Shown piece by piece: positions 37,897-48,327 of a stretch of 62,659 bases of DNA (position 1 is the first letter of the stretch; every line of letters starts with the position of its first letter). Below the pieces are notes generated by a model, which worked only from the letters and a program-made list of their open reading frames with translations, did not search any database and was not told where the DNA came from. The position numbers and the translations under genes were made by a program. The stretch is from a virus. The stretch lies in the IMG/VR virus record IMGVR_UViG_3300028048_000073, positions 1 to 62,659 of that record; one strand, 5' to 3'.

Positions 37897-40371
37897 ATGG
37901 ATAATTTAATTTGGAATGCTGATTTGCAATTATGGGTAACTGAAGATGGTAGAGTTAATAGTGAAATTTTTTGCGATTTTGAAGATGTCCATATTGAAGG
38001 GGATAAACAAAATCGTTATAAATTAAAGCATAATACAACTATATCTTCTTTTCAATATACAGTTGTAGAGTCAAAAACAGATACATTAGGCGGAAAATAT
38101 CCTTTTATTCGCCGAAATGGAGATACTTATTATCGTCAATTTCCTATTGCGGGCATGATTACGCATTTTAATGAGAATGACTATCCAGAAGAATATTTAG
38201 CGAATTTTATTCGTAAAAATGCATCTAATGCTAACGATGAAGTAATTTATGATCAACATGATTTTGCAGAGGATGGCTCTTTAATTGAATTGAGAGATTC
38301 GTTAGAGAAAAAGCGTTTAAAATATGTTTCAAAAGATTCTGAGAGAGAGAACAAATATAACAAATATTATTATAATGATTTAAGTTTAAATGGATATACA
38401 GATTATTTATTAGAAAAAAATTATAGAGATGACGTTATAGATTATTTTTATCAAAATAAAGTTCGTCTTTTTCGATCTCCAACCGAGGGCAATATATTGG
38501 TTAAGCTAATGAATATAGCAATGACGCCTAATGAACAAATCAACAGAAGGGTGTATAATATTCAATGTACAGCTTTTGAAGTAGATGAGTTTACTTTTGA
38601 AAATTGTATTAAGTATGGCATTTGGGATAATGATGAAGAGTTATTTTCTGATTCATCTTCTTCAACATCAATTGTTGCAAAAGTAGGACAGTTACAATAT
38701 GATTTGACGAAAGATTTGAATAATAAAGATTTTTTTATAAAAACAAATTTTTATGAGGATATTTTTAATGAAGTTAAGCAATCTTTAGAAAATTTTGTAT
38801 CTTTAGATAAAGTTATTTGGATGAAAGCTAACTTTTATAGTGCACCGAGTTATTTTGGAATAGATCCAAATGACAGCACATCTGGAAAAGTAAAAAGAGT
38901 TTTACTTCCTAATAGCGAAATTGTTCAAGAATTGCAGGGGAAGCTTTCAGAATCGGAATTGGCAGATGAGGAAGAAGAAAATTTAATTATAGAAAAGCGT
39001 AGTTATACTGGAACTAAAGCAGATTTGTTATATCAAAGTCCATTTTTAAAGCAAACTGCTTTTACAGATGAAAATAATAGTTATGGTTTATTACAGAGAC
39101 TTGCCTATCTGGTAATAAAAATTCTTTATGGGGACACTTTTGATTTAGATAACGCTAAAGAATGGACAGAAGAACAACGAGATAATTTTTATCAAGAAAT
39201 TGGAGCGCATAATATTTGCAGTACATCAGGAGTCTTATGGATTAATGATGATAATGATAATATAATTATTCGTCCTATAATTCAGGATGTGCTTAATCAA
39301 ATTTTTTCCATAACAGATGTCGATAAATCGATTGCCGCTTTGTTTTTACTAAGATATTCCACAAGACTGGAAACTGATAAATTATTGGATAAAGTAGATG
39401 AAGTAATGCAATTTGACAATATACAATCACAAACTGCGTTAGCTTTCTTAAGATATTCGACTGGTTTCTTAGATGATTTGGCAACAGTTTTTATGTTATC
39501 AACTTATATTGCTTTAGTAGCTGCGGTAGGCGGAAAAGATGATAATGATGAAATTAAGGGACTTGGGTTTGGCAGTCCTATTACAACTTCTAGCCCCACA
39601 GAAACAACAGTTGATACTCGTGGATATTTAGTGGAAGATGGCGAGAATATAACCAGTTTAAAGAATTTAACAAGAGCTGATCCTACTGTTGCAGGTCATG
39701 AATTAATAGTAAATGGAAATACTATTATCGTACCACCACAAGTTTCATATGAATTAATTGATAAAGATACAGATATTACAGAGCTGCAAACAATAAGATT
39801 AAAAGATGAGCCTTTAAAGTGTCTAATTGATTATGTAGCGCAATGTCACGTTCTTTCAGCAGATATGCTCTCTAAAACTCGGCAGGTTTCTTTACAATAT
39901 TATAAAGTTGGACAAATTCAAACTGGCGTAAATGGAGAAAATTTAATTACAATGATTAAAAATAAATATGAGCGATCTATTACAACTGATGAAGGATCTT
40001 TAGCAAAAATATCCGTAGTTGGAGTTGCTTATGTGTCAATAGAAGCGGAACCATATTCTGTTTTTATTGTTCAAGATAGTTCTGATGCTAGTTATGATGT
40101 TCATGTTGTTAATAATACCGGTGTTTTAACTTTATATGATCCAGGCACTTTCATTTTAACATTACAAGCTAAAAAACGTAGAAGCGCAGGGGTGGATGCT
40201 CCAAGCTCATTGTTAATAAATGGCAATGATTTTTCTGAGACGTTAGAGGATTGGGAAGACCAGGAAGATGTTATAGTAGATAGAAATGAAGTTGTTTATT
40301 CTGATACGCACTCTCTCAACGATATGCTCATCAATTATATTGTATTATTAAAAGAAACGAGGTATGTATAA
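37897..40371 (+). CDS. hypothetical baseplate/tail fibre protein (824 aa) with internal L-x-LRYST repeats
   Basis: GGAGG RBS; repeat ALFLLRYSTRL / ALAFLRYSTGF. Confidence 0.5.
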   Translation: MDNLIWNADLQLWVTEDGRVNSEIFCDFEDVHIEGDKQNRYKLKHNTTISSFQYTVVESKTDTLGGKYPFIRRNGDTYYRQFPIAGMITHFNENDYPEEYLANFIRKNASNANDEVIYDQHDFAEDGSLIELRDSLEKKRLKYVSKDSERENKYNKYYYNDLSLNGYTDYLLEKNYRDDVIDYFYQNKVRLFRSPTEGNILVKLMNIAMTPNEQINRRVYNIQCTAFEVDEFTFENCIKYGIWDNDEELFSDSSSSTSIVAKVGQLQYDLTKDLNNKDFFIKTNFYEDIFNEVKQSLENFVSLDKVIWMKANFYSAPSYFGIDPNDSTSGKVKRVLLPNSEIVQELQGKLSESELADEEEENLIIEKRSYTGTKADLLYQSPFLKQTAFTDENNSYGLLQRLAYLVIKILYGDTFDLDNAKEWTEEQRDNFYQEIGAHNICSTSGVLWINDDNDNIIIRPIIQDVLNQIFSITDVDKSIAALFLLRYSTRLETDKLLDKVDEVMQFDNIQSQTALAFLRYSTGFLDDLATVFMLSTYIALVAAVGGKDDNDEIKGLGFGSPITTSSPTETTVDTRGYLVEDGENITSLKNLTRADPTVAGHELIVNGNTIIVPPQVSYELIDKDTDITELQTIRLKDEPLKCLIDYVAQCHVLSADMLSKTRQVSLQYYKVGQIQTGVNGENLITMIKNKYERSITTDEGSLAKISVVGVAYVSIEAEPYSVFIVQDSSDASYDVHVVNNTGVLTLYDPGTFILTLQAKKRRSAGVDAPSSLLINGNDFSETLEDWEDQEDVIVDRNEVVYSDTHSLNDMLINYIVLLKETRYV

Positions 40372-42593
40372 TGAATACTTATCCTTATTTATTAGATAAA
40401 AACTTTTTAAAAGAATTTGATGAGTTACAGCTAAAAGAGCAATCCATTAGAATTATTGTTTTAGATTGGTATGAGAAACCGATTCAAAATATAGAAGGAC
40501 AAGTAACTTCTGGTTCAATTAGCTTAGATGGACAGTCTAGCGTTAGAAGAACATGTAATTTAACTTTTACCGCAGATGAGCACCAGGCGCAAATTACAAA
40601 AGTAGAGAATCTGCTTTCAATTAATAAAAAAATAAAATTAGAAATTGGTTTTACTAATATTACAAAAATGTATCCACAGTATAAAAAAATTTGGTTTCCT
40701 TTAGGAACTTATTTAATTATAAATCCTTCGATTACCCATAATAACAACGGAATTAATATTTCTTTACAACTAAAAGATAAAATGTGTCTTTTAAATGGAG
40801 AATGCGGAGGTGTGATTCCCGCAGCTGTTGATTTTACGATAATGGAATCTTACGATGATAATGGACAATTAATCACAACACAGCCAACTATTTATCAAAT
40901 TATCCAAGAGGTTGTTAATCATTATGGTGGAGAACAGTTGGGGAAAATTATAATCTCAGGTTTAGATAAAAAAGTAAAACAAATGGTACAATGGCATGGG
41001 AATAAGCCATTATATTATGTTCAAAAAGATACTGCCGTTGGAAAAGTTCAATTTTATACAACTGATGAAAATGAAATTTTTCAGCTTTCTTCATCAGACG
41101 ATTTTCAAGAATACACGCTTGGAGATGATATAGGATATCAATTAGTAGATTTTATTTATCCAGATGAATTAAATGTAGATGCTGGAGCAACTGTTTGTTC
41201 CGTATTGGACTCTATTAAAGAAAAATTAGGAAATTTTGAATATTTTTATGATTTAGATGGAAATTTTATTTTTCAAGAAATCCCTAATTTCTTAAATACT
41301 TCACAATCTACTAATATTATTTCTGAAATTAAAGGTGAAAAAAATATCTTGAAGAATTTAGGAAAAAATGCTCAGTTGTATTTAACTGATAGGACAAGCG
41401 GAAAGACGGTTTATAGATTTAGTAATCAAAAGATTATCACATCTTATGCTAACACTCCGCAATACAGCATGATAAAAAATGATTTTGTAGTTTGGGGAAC
41501 GAGAAAAACGGTTGATGGACTCGAATTTCCTATTAGATATCATTTAGCTATTGATGAAAAACCTATGATAGCAGATGAAATTTATCAATTATGCTTTTAT
41601 GAAGATGAAGAATTGGGTTATGAAATTCCATTTTTACCGGTAAATACTATTAAGATATCTTCAGAAGTGTCTATTGGTACTGAAAATAATTATTTAAAAG
41701 CTCAAATTCCAGATCGTAATCCAGAGTATATTTATTTAATTATAGATACTCGGACGCCAGGGACATCCTTTAAGTATTTAGTGCGTTGGGATACAGATGA
41801 AAAAATATTTAAAGCAATACGAGGTTCTATTTGTGATGTAAAGGCTACGGACTGGCGCACACAGCTTTTAATTAATGGACTACAAGCAAAAAAGACTGGT
41901 GCTGATACTAATTACTATTATGCTGAACTTTTGAATGAATGGCCTAAGATATATGATATAAAAGGAATCCGACATGACATCAATGAAGTTATTGAAGGGA
42001 CTTTTTATAATAATCAAAAAGAGAAAATAGACCACTATTATGAAGGAATTTTTAGAGAGGAAGCAGTGACCTCTTTAACAAGTATGGACTATTTTTTAGA
42101 TTTTATTGAGCCAACTGGCTTATTACAAGGATTAAGTGTTAATCAAATAGGTAGAAGAACAAAAGTTTTAAATGACAAATCTGTTAATTGTATCTTTGAG
42201 CCAATTGTCCCTGACTATATCCTGATTGAAAAAGGCGTTTCAAATTCGCAAGAAGAGTATGGCAATACGAATGAGAAACGCCGCTATTGTATTGATAGGG
42301 GATACGCATTTCTACAAGTTGATGATAACATAATACAGGGTATAGGAAAAGGTGGCCATTATAATAGTGCTTTTTACACTATTCAAGATCTTTTATACCA
42401 ATATACGGGATATAATGAAAGTATTACGCTTAATTGTTTACCAATTTATTATCTAGAACCCAATACTCGCATTTTTGTATCAGATTCAAAAAGTGATATT
42501 CAAGGTGAATATGCAATAAAATCTTTAACAATACCGTTGGATATAAATGGAACAATGACAATAACGGCAAATAAAGTATTAGATAAGATTTAA
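40371..42593 (+). CDS. hypothetical baseplate protein (740 aa)
   Basis: start overlaps the previous stop (TAATG). Confidence 0.5.
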   Translation: MNTYPYLLDKNFLKEFDELQLKEQSIRIIVLDWYEKPIQNIEGQVTSGSISLDGQSSVRRTCNLTFTADEHQAQITKVENLLSINKKIKLEIGFTNITKMYPQYKKIWFPLGTYLIINPSITHNNNGINISLQLKDKMCLLNGECGGVIPAAVDFTIMESYDDNGQLITTQPTIYQIIQEVVNHYGGEQLGKIIISGLDKKVKQMVQWHGNKPLYYVQKDTAVGKVQFYTTDENEIFQLSSSDDFQEYTLGDDIGYQLVDFIYPDELNVDAGATVCSVLDSIKEKLGNFEYFYDLDGNFIFQEIPNFLNTSQSTNIISEIKGEKNILKNLGKNAQLYLTDRTSGKTVYRFSNQKIITSYANTPQYSMIKNDFVVWGTRKTVDGLEFPIRYHLAIDEKPMIADEIYQLCFYEDEELGYEIPFLPVNTIKISSEVSIGTENNYLKAQIPDRNPEYIYLIIDTRTPGTSFKYLVRWDTDEKIFKAIRGSICDVKATDWRTQLLINGLQAKKTGADTNYYYAELLNEWPKIYDIKGIRHDINEVIEGTFYNNQKEKIDHYYEGIFREEAVTSLTSMDYFLDFIEPTGLLQGLSVNQIGRRTKVLNDKSVNCIFEPIVPDYILIEKGVSNSQEEYGNTNEKRRYCIDRGYAFLQVDDNIIQGIGKGGHYNSAFYTIQDLLYQYTGYNESITLNCLPIYYLEPNTRIFVSDSKSDIQGEYAIKSLTIPLDINGTMTITANKVLDKI

Positions 42594-42598
42594 AGGAG

Positions 42599-42919
42599 TT
42601 GAAATTAATGGCATATAAAGTTGGACAGGTAATAAAGACTGTTTCTGGGGATGAAGAATTTTATGAAATAACAGCTAATGGACAATACATCATTAAAGGA
42701 ACTCCAGAAAATGTTTTAAATACAATTCATGATAATTTTGGTGTATATAATTTATCTCATTTTGGAATACAATCCCGTCCAGGTGCTATTTTTGCAATAG
42801 ACGATGAGGTTATTATCATTGGGCGGTCAGGCTCATATGAACTTTCTGTTGATTTAGTGTCTGTTGATAAATTATATATGTTGTCAAAAGATACTTTTAT
42901 TATTGACTTTAGATATTAA
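42599..42919 (+). CDS. small hypothetical tail protein
   Basis: 106-aa ORF, AGGAGTTGAAA RBS. Confidence 0.4.
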   Translation: MKLMAYKVGQVIKTVSGDEEFYEITANGQYIIKGTPENVLNTIHDNFGVYNLSHFGIQSRPGAIFAIDDEVIIIGRSGSYELSVDLVSVDKLYMLSKDTFIIDFRY

Positions 42920-42932
42920 AGGAGGGGAAATT

Positions 42933-44252
42933 ATGGATTATTTTTATGGCGGTAAACAAGGCTTTTCTTTTATTTTACGCCCCAATACAGCTTCAAGCGA
43001 TAGATATTGGCATAGCTTGGCGGAAATCCAAGCTTTGGGAATTAATCGCGGAGCTTTAAAATATGGCGACTATGCTGTCATTACAGAGTCTGGTCCCTCT
43101 TATTCAGATGAACATGGAAAAGTATATCGAATAGATAACGCTAATGTTCCGGTCTTAGTGGGGAAAATAGGCAACCCCGCGCCACTTTATAATATAGAAT
43201 TAACAGATGATAGAAAAGATGCTCAAAGTATTGTATTTAATTTTATGGATGAAACTTCTTCAAGATTTCAAACAGGCGTAACAGGATATTGGAAAATGAT
43301 TAAAAATGAAAACGACGAAGACGTGATTGGAATTAGCTTTGATTTCCCAGTTCCCGCAATTTCTTTTACAAACGTTCCTTTTAATAATTTTGAGTCCAAT
43401 AGAAAAGCGGGCATTACTCGAATAGTAAATACATTAGAAAATCGACCAATGGAATATTTTTTTGAAAATGTAATTCCTCCAGCAACATATATAGGGGATA
43501 TACAAGAAAGATATAATATTTCAAACCTAGATCCCTTTAATGAAGGAGATCTTTGGTTCCAAGTTTTTAATGCGGAAGAAGATAAAATTACCACTGAACA
43601 AAAAACCATATTGTTTAGCAGCGAATTGAGTCAATTAACAAATCAGCCTAATTATGAAGAATGTTTAAAAATTAATTTTTCTACTTATGCCCCTCACGGT
43701 AGTGGACCAATAATGGTGGATACAACAGAGCTTGACATATTGGGGGATGCAGTGCAAGACGCTTTAGTTTGTGATTTTTCATTTTTTTCGGGAGAAGCTA
43801 TTGATAGCGTTCTAAATTCACTAAAAATTAGTAATATTTCTAATTTTTCAAAAATTTCAGCTAATTTATCTTTGAAAGACTCCCCATATGTTGAAGATAT
43901 TTATCAAGATTATGTTTTGACTTTCATTGGCTATTCTCAAATAGAAGATACCGATGTAAATGCAGATGAAGATCATATGTTCATTGTATATGGTAAAGCA
44001 GGCGAGAAAAAAGCCCTTATTATTTATGGTAAAGATATGGAAGAAGTAAACTTATCAGATTTAATTGAAAGGTATGATATTTTAATACCTTATCGTATCG
44101 TTTTTTATAATAAAAACAATACATATGCAGATCATATGACCATTACGCAGCAAGGCTTCCCCGCGATATACAACGGCAATGAAGAGAATAACACTACGAC
44201 ATTATTAAATAATTACATTAAATCTTTAGGTGTTACTTTTTATCCATTTTAA
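42933..44252 (+). CDS. hypothetical tail fibre / receptor-binding candidate with conserved FYGGKxGFSFIL N-domain
   Basis: ATG after an AAAGGAGGGG RBS (track ORF 42864 trimmed). The N-terminal 60 aa are paralogous to the 47243 protein. Confidence 0.5.
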   Translation: MDYFYGGKQGFSFILRPNTASSDRYWHSLAEIQALGINRGALKYGDYAVITESGPSYSDEHGKVYRIDNANVPVLVGKIGNPAPLYNIELTDDRKDAQSIVFNFMDETSSRFQTGVTGYWKMIKNENDEDVIGISFDFPVPAISFTNVPFNNFESNRKAGITRIVNTLENRPMEYFFENVIPPATYIGDIQERYNISNLDPFNEGDLWFQVFNAEEDKITTEQKTILFSSELSQLTNQPNYEECLKINFSTYAPHGSGPIMVDTTELDILGDAVQDALVCDFSFFSGEAIDSVLNSLKISNISNFSKISANLSLKDSPYVEDIYQDYVLTFIGYSQIEDTDVNADEDHMFIVYGKAGEKKALIIYGKDMEEVNLSDLIERYDILIPYRIVFYNKNNTYADHMTITQQGFPAIYNGNEENNTTTLLNNYIKSLGVTFYPF

Positions 44253-44268
44253 AGGAGGCGATTAACAT

Positions 44269-44883
44269 ATGTCAGAAATAGAGTTTTCACCTTCTAATTT
44301 TATTCAATATCCGCTTCCTTTTAATGTTGATATAACAACAAATACCGTTTATTCAGGTATTTACAGCCAAGACCATAATATGCGTGAAGTTTTACATTTT
44401 ATAAATTGGGAAGGTGTACGACATGAATATGACTTTCCCGAGGGGATATCTGAAGACTATCAGGGGTTTGTTGCTATTGACGAACCAGCAGACGATACAG
44501 CCATCGTTTATCATTTGGCAATTTATGCAAAAGAAAACTGTGAATTTTATATTATGAATTATGAAAAATATAATAAAGATATTGAATTAGCAAATGAACA
44601 GACGATCCCCGCAGGGTGGGTAATTCATAGACGAAAATATCGTATTGGTATGGGCAATAAATTAGAATTTCAAAATGTAAGGATTTTAAGTGTTGGTATT
44701 GTTGATACAGAGAAGAATAATTCAGAGTATTTCGGAAAAAATGCTCAGTTGGACATGTGCATTTCTACTTTTGGTAATATGGCATATTTAGATACAGATG
44801 GCGATATGTATGAAGGTATTATCGATCCTTTTACTATTGACGTTATAGGTAAAACAGATGGCAATTCAGATGACATAAATTGA
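44269..44883 (+). CDS. hypothetical protein; possible stop-codon readthrough into 44899..45099
   Basis: 204-aa ORF ending at TGA; a 72-codon open frame with no RBS or ATG follows in the same frame. Confidence 0.5.
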   Translation: MSEIEFSPSNFIQYPLPFNVDITTNTVYSGIYSQDHNMREVLHFINWEGVRHEYDFPEGISEDYQGFVAIDEPADDTAIVYHLAIYAKENCEFYIMNYEKYNKDIELANEQTIPAGWVIHRRKYRIGMGNKLEFQNVRILSVGIVDTEKNNSEYFGKNAQLDMCISTFGNMAYLDTDGDMYEGIIDPFTIDVIGKTDGNSDDIN

Positions 44884-44898
44884 GATGCTAGCAGAACA

Positions 44899-45099
44899 TT
44901 GAGTGATATTACTAACTTAGTTTCTATCGTTGGAGACGGTGTAGCAATAGGCTTATCTGAGGAAGACGTTATTACCGAAGTCAATGGAATTATTAATAGC
45001 GAGAACTTTTCATCAGGAATTACACCTTTTGAAGATTATCCGGCGGGAGTTGAAATGGCTTCTGATGAAGATTGGATAGAATATAATAATGGTGGGTGA
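44899..45099 (+). other. in-frame downstream open reading frame (candidate C-terminal readthrough extension)
   Basis: Same frame as 44269..44883; separated by a single TGA plus 5 sense codons; no SD; TTG start only. Confidence 0.3.
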
Positions 45100-45273
45100 T
45101 AAAAATGGCGTTAACATTAGAAAAAAATAAATATTATAGAAGAGCACGAATTCCTTATTTATATGTAAAAACAATTCCAAATGAAAATTTATTTGGACAT
45201 ATTAAAATGGGTAATAAAGAATTTATTGCAGGAAGTTATTTATGCTTAGAGTGTGGACAAGGAGGGACATTTA

Positions 45274-47229
45274 ATGAACAATAAGACAAAAGTTGTTACA
45301 AAAATTAACCGACTTGAAGATAAAGTGAATGATCAATGGACTACATATAATATTGGTGCAGAAGCAACAAATGTATATGGGCGGAATGGCGATCGAGGTC
45401 GCCATACTGCTCAATCACTTCTTTTAAAAGATATGCCACCTGTAAAGTACGTATATGGTCAAGATATATATAATGCTAGTGACAATACTTTTGAACCTTT
45501 AACTTGGAAGAATATTCAAAGATGGCTAGACAACAAACAAATTTCAGAATTTTTGAAAGAAGGGGACTGCATAGAAGTGCAGTATCATCCTGGAATTTGG
45601 GGCTATTTTTGGATTATTGGTATTAATAGACATAATGGTCAAAGTGGCAAAGAATTAGACCAAAACTTAGATCATATTGATTTTTGCGGCGGATCTTTTC
45701 GATATTTTTCCTCCGCTCATAAGGGGACCTTTTTCCAAGTTGACCATAACAATGGCTCAGAACAAAACAATGGCATTGCCTTTGGTCATTTCTGGCAGCA
45801 GGCTGGACAAAAAAACAATAAAAACTTTTTTGATTTTATTAAAACACCATTCTTAAATGGGAGTGGTTTAGGACATGTAAATAGCGATGGTGTGGTAGAA
45901 TGGACATATATAAAACCAAAAACATTATATTTAGGGGCAAGATATGCTCAGACTCCAGTTTTTGATTCAATTGCTACCAATATTTTTTATGCAAACTTTA
46001 TTTCTACTGAAACGAGTACGGAACAATCATTGGATAATTTTGTATCTTTCTTAGGTTCAATTAATGAAAAAGTTCAAACAGCAATTGATACAGATTTACT
46101 TTCAAATGTTGGTACTGATACGATTGTTAACTATCAAAAATCATTAATTTTAGAATTATTGATAAGAATGAGTTTTGACTTAGAAACATATATTGAGTCA
46201 TATATAGAAAATGCTCGTGATTCTAATCATCCTACTATTGTATATAACTATTATGGCGTGCAATCATCTGCAGCAGCTCTTGATGTATTACGATACAGCG
46301 TTGGCTTGATAAAAGATAGCGTATTGGATGGCGTGTCTCAATATTATGCAGTGACGAGTTATTGGGCGTTGTCTTTGTTAAGATATCGTCTAGCTGCCTT
46401 TTTACCTATTCTTTCTTCTTCTAGCGACAGGGTTGGTCTTAAAGAAAGAGATAACGGTTTAAATATTATTTTTTCTCCTGAGCTGGAAACTGCGATTAAT
46501 GAGGCAATTGCTGCACAAACTTCATCAAGTTATATTGACAAACTTAATCAAGCAAAGCGAATCGCTAAGGAGTTACGTTATGCACATTTGCTAGACAATA
46601 CTTTTATTTCCTTTTTAGATGAAGATGGAGAATCTTCTGTCTTAAGATGGGTAAAAGAAGTTGCTGCAGGCAGTACTCAGTCGCATATTGCCACAGCGGA
46701 AAATAAAGCATTGATTAATGAAACTTTAGATGTTTTATGTGATTTGTGTGATTATTTTAATAAAACTGGCGCAACCAGAACGACACCCTATTCAACAGGA
46801 GTAATAAAACTTCCTGTGAATGAAGAAGATACCAGCACATATCTTTGGGGATTAACGGAGCAAGAATTGTTTGGACATAATGCTTTTGGCGACCCTCTTT
46901 TTGAGCAGGGTCAATTATTTCAATATCCCATACTTGCTGATCCTGCGATGCGAAGAAAAATATGCCACGATTTGGTTAAAGATCCTAATTCTGAAAGTTT
47001 ACATATGGCAACATTAACAGCAGTAAAAGGGTCTAGCTATCAAGTTGCAGGTATGGATAGCGAAACATTAATGCCAGAGACTTTAGATATAGTACACTCA
47101 AGACTTCAAGACCCAAATGACGCAAATTCAGATGTTATAAATCCTATTGACATGCCCATTTGTTTCAGGATGCAGCAAAATGCCGAAGATACAACGGGTA
47201 TTATTGCAGATAATTCTGGGTTAATGTAA
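45274..47229 (+). CDS. hypothetical tail fibre-like protein (651 aa) with LRYS-type repeats
   Basis: ATG after an AGGAGGG RBS; motifs ALDVLRYSVGL and SLLRYRLAAFL resemble the repeats in the 37897 protein. Confidence 0.5.
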   Translation: MNNKTKVVTKINRLEDKVNDQWTTYNIGAEATNVYGRNGDRGRHTAQSLLLKDMPPVKYVYGQDIYNASDNTFEPLTWKNIQRWLDNKQISEFLKEGDCIEVQYHPGIWGYFWIIGINRHNGQSGKELDQNLDHIDFCGGSFRYFSSAHKGTFFQVDHNNGSEQNNGIAFGHFWQQAGQKNNKNFFDFIKTPFLNGSGLGHVNSDGVVEWTYIKPKTLYLGARYAQTPVFDSIATNIFYANFISTETSTEQSLDNFVSFLGSINEKVQTAIDTDLLSNVGTDTIVNYQKSLILELLIRMSFDLETYIESYIENARDSNHPTIVYNYYGVQSSAAALDVLRYSVGLIKDSVLDGVSQYYAVTSYWALSLLRYRLAAFLPILSSSSDRVGLKERDNGLNIIFSPELETAINEAIAAQTSSSYIDKLNQAKRIAKELRYAHLLDNTFISFLDEDGESSVLRWVKEVAAGSTQSHIATAENKALINETLDVLCDLCDYFNKTGATRTTPYSTGVIKLPVNEEDTSTYLWGLTEQELFGHNAFGDPLFEQGQLFQYPILADPAMRRKICHDLVKDPNSESLHMATLTAVKGSSYQVAGMDSETLMPETLDIVHSRLQDPNDANSDVINPIDMPICFRMQQNAEDTTGIIADNSGLM

Positions 47230-47242
47230 AAGAGGTGATAAA

Positions 47243-47518
47243 ATGTCAAATAGTTTTTATGGTGGGAAAAGAGGATTCTCTTTTATTTTACAAAAAAATC
47301 CACATAATGTGCAAGGATATTTTAATTCATCAGAGGAAATCTTAACAGCAGTGAAAAATGGCGATTTAAAATATGGCGAATATGCTATGGTATCATCAGG
47401 AGAAGAACAAGGCTTTCTTTATCGTGCGGTTTTTGATAATATAGTTCTTTGTGGGAAAATGCCAACTTCTTCTGGAGGAGGCGCCATTCAATATTTAGAA
47501 TGGCAAAACTATCCATAA
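47243..47518 (+). CDS. small protein consisting of the FYGGKxGFSFIL domain alone
   Basis: 91-aa ORF, AGAGGTG RBS; paralogous to the N-terminus of 42933..44252. Confidence 0.5.
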   Translation: MSNSFYGGKRGFSFILQKNPHNVQGYFNSSEEILTAVKNGDLKYGEYAMVSSGEEQGFLYRAVFDNIVLCGKMPTSSGGGAIQYLEWQNYP

Positions 47519-47545
47519 AATTTTAATAAAATTTCATACAAATTT

Positions 47546-47580
47546 GGGCAACGTTGATTTATTGCGTTGCCCTTGTTTTT
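47546..47580 (+). terminator. rho-independent terminator: gggcaacg-loop-cgttgccc plus TTGTTTTT
   Basis: seen directly. Confidence 0.6.
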
Positions 47581-47614
47581 ATATACTGATGACAGAGGAA
47601 AGGAGTGTAAAAAA

Positions 47615-48052
47615 ATGGCTTATCAATCTACAAGTGGATTTTTTCCGCAACAACCAATAAATCCTTATGTGCCACAGTTTCCAACTCAAAGATATTTTGG
47701 GGTAGAACAATCAGCTATTCCACAAGGCTTTTTAAAAGGAAGGCCTGTTTCTTCCATTGATGAGGCGAGAGTAGCACAAATAGATTTCGATGGAAGCTTG
47801 AACATTTTTACCGATATCGCAAATAAAAAAATATATACAAAGCAAATTAACATGGATGGAACGTCAAACTTTAATACATATTGTCTGACTGCGCCAGAAC
47901 CAGAAAAGCCAGCAGCGCCCGCAATTAATTTAGATGAATATGTGACAAAGAATGAATTGAATACGTTATTATCACAACTAACATCTACTATTGCAGCAAT
48001 AGAACAAAGAATACAGAAAAAAGAAAATGCGGAAGCAGGATCTAAATTTTAA
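47615..48052 (+). CDS. hypothetical Pro/Gln-rich protein
   Basis: ATG after a GAGGAAAGGAG RBS; track ORF 47567 trimmed. Confidence 0.45.
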   Translation: MAYQSTSGFFPQQPINPYVPQFPTQRYFGVEQSAIPQGFLKGRPVSSIDEARVAQIDFDGSLNIFTDIANKKIYTKQINMDGTSNFNTYCLTAPEPEKPAAPAINLDEYVTKNELNTLLSQLTSTIAAIEQRIQKKENAEAGSKF

Positions 48053-48063
48053 GAGGTGATTTT

Positions 48064-48300
48064 ATGCCAATCAATGGATTACAATTAATACAAATGATAA
48101 AAAGTGGAAATAACCCACAGCAACTTGTTATGTCAGTTTTAAATCAGAGAGCGCAAAGCAATCCCATGTTTGCGAATATGCTTGCCTTAGCAAATAAAAA
48201 TGATACTGCTGGTTTGGAACAGATAGCAAGAAACCTCGCGAAAGAGCGAGGAATGGATTTTGATAAAGAATTTGCTAATTTTAAGCAAATCTTTAAATAA
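48064..48300 (+). CDS. small hypothetical protein
   Basis: 78-aa ORF, AGAGGTG RBS. Confidence 0.4.
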   Translation: MPINGLQLIQMIKSGNNPQQLVMSVLNQRAQSNPMFANMLALANKNDTAGLEQIARNLAKERGMDFDKEFANFKQIFK

Positions 48301-48327
48301 ATATTTTTTTGAAAGGAGAACAGATAT

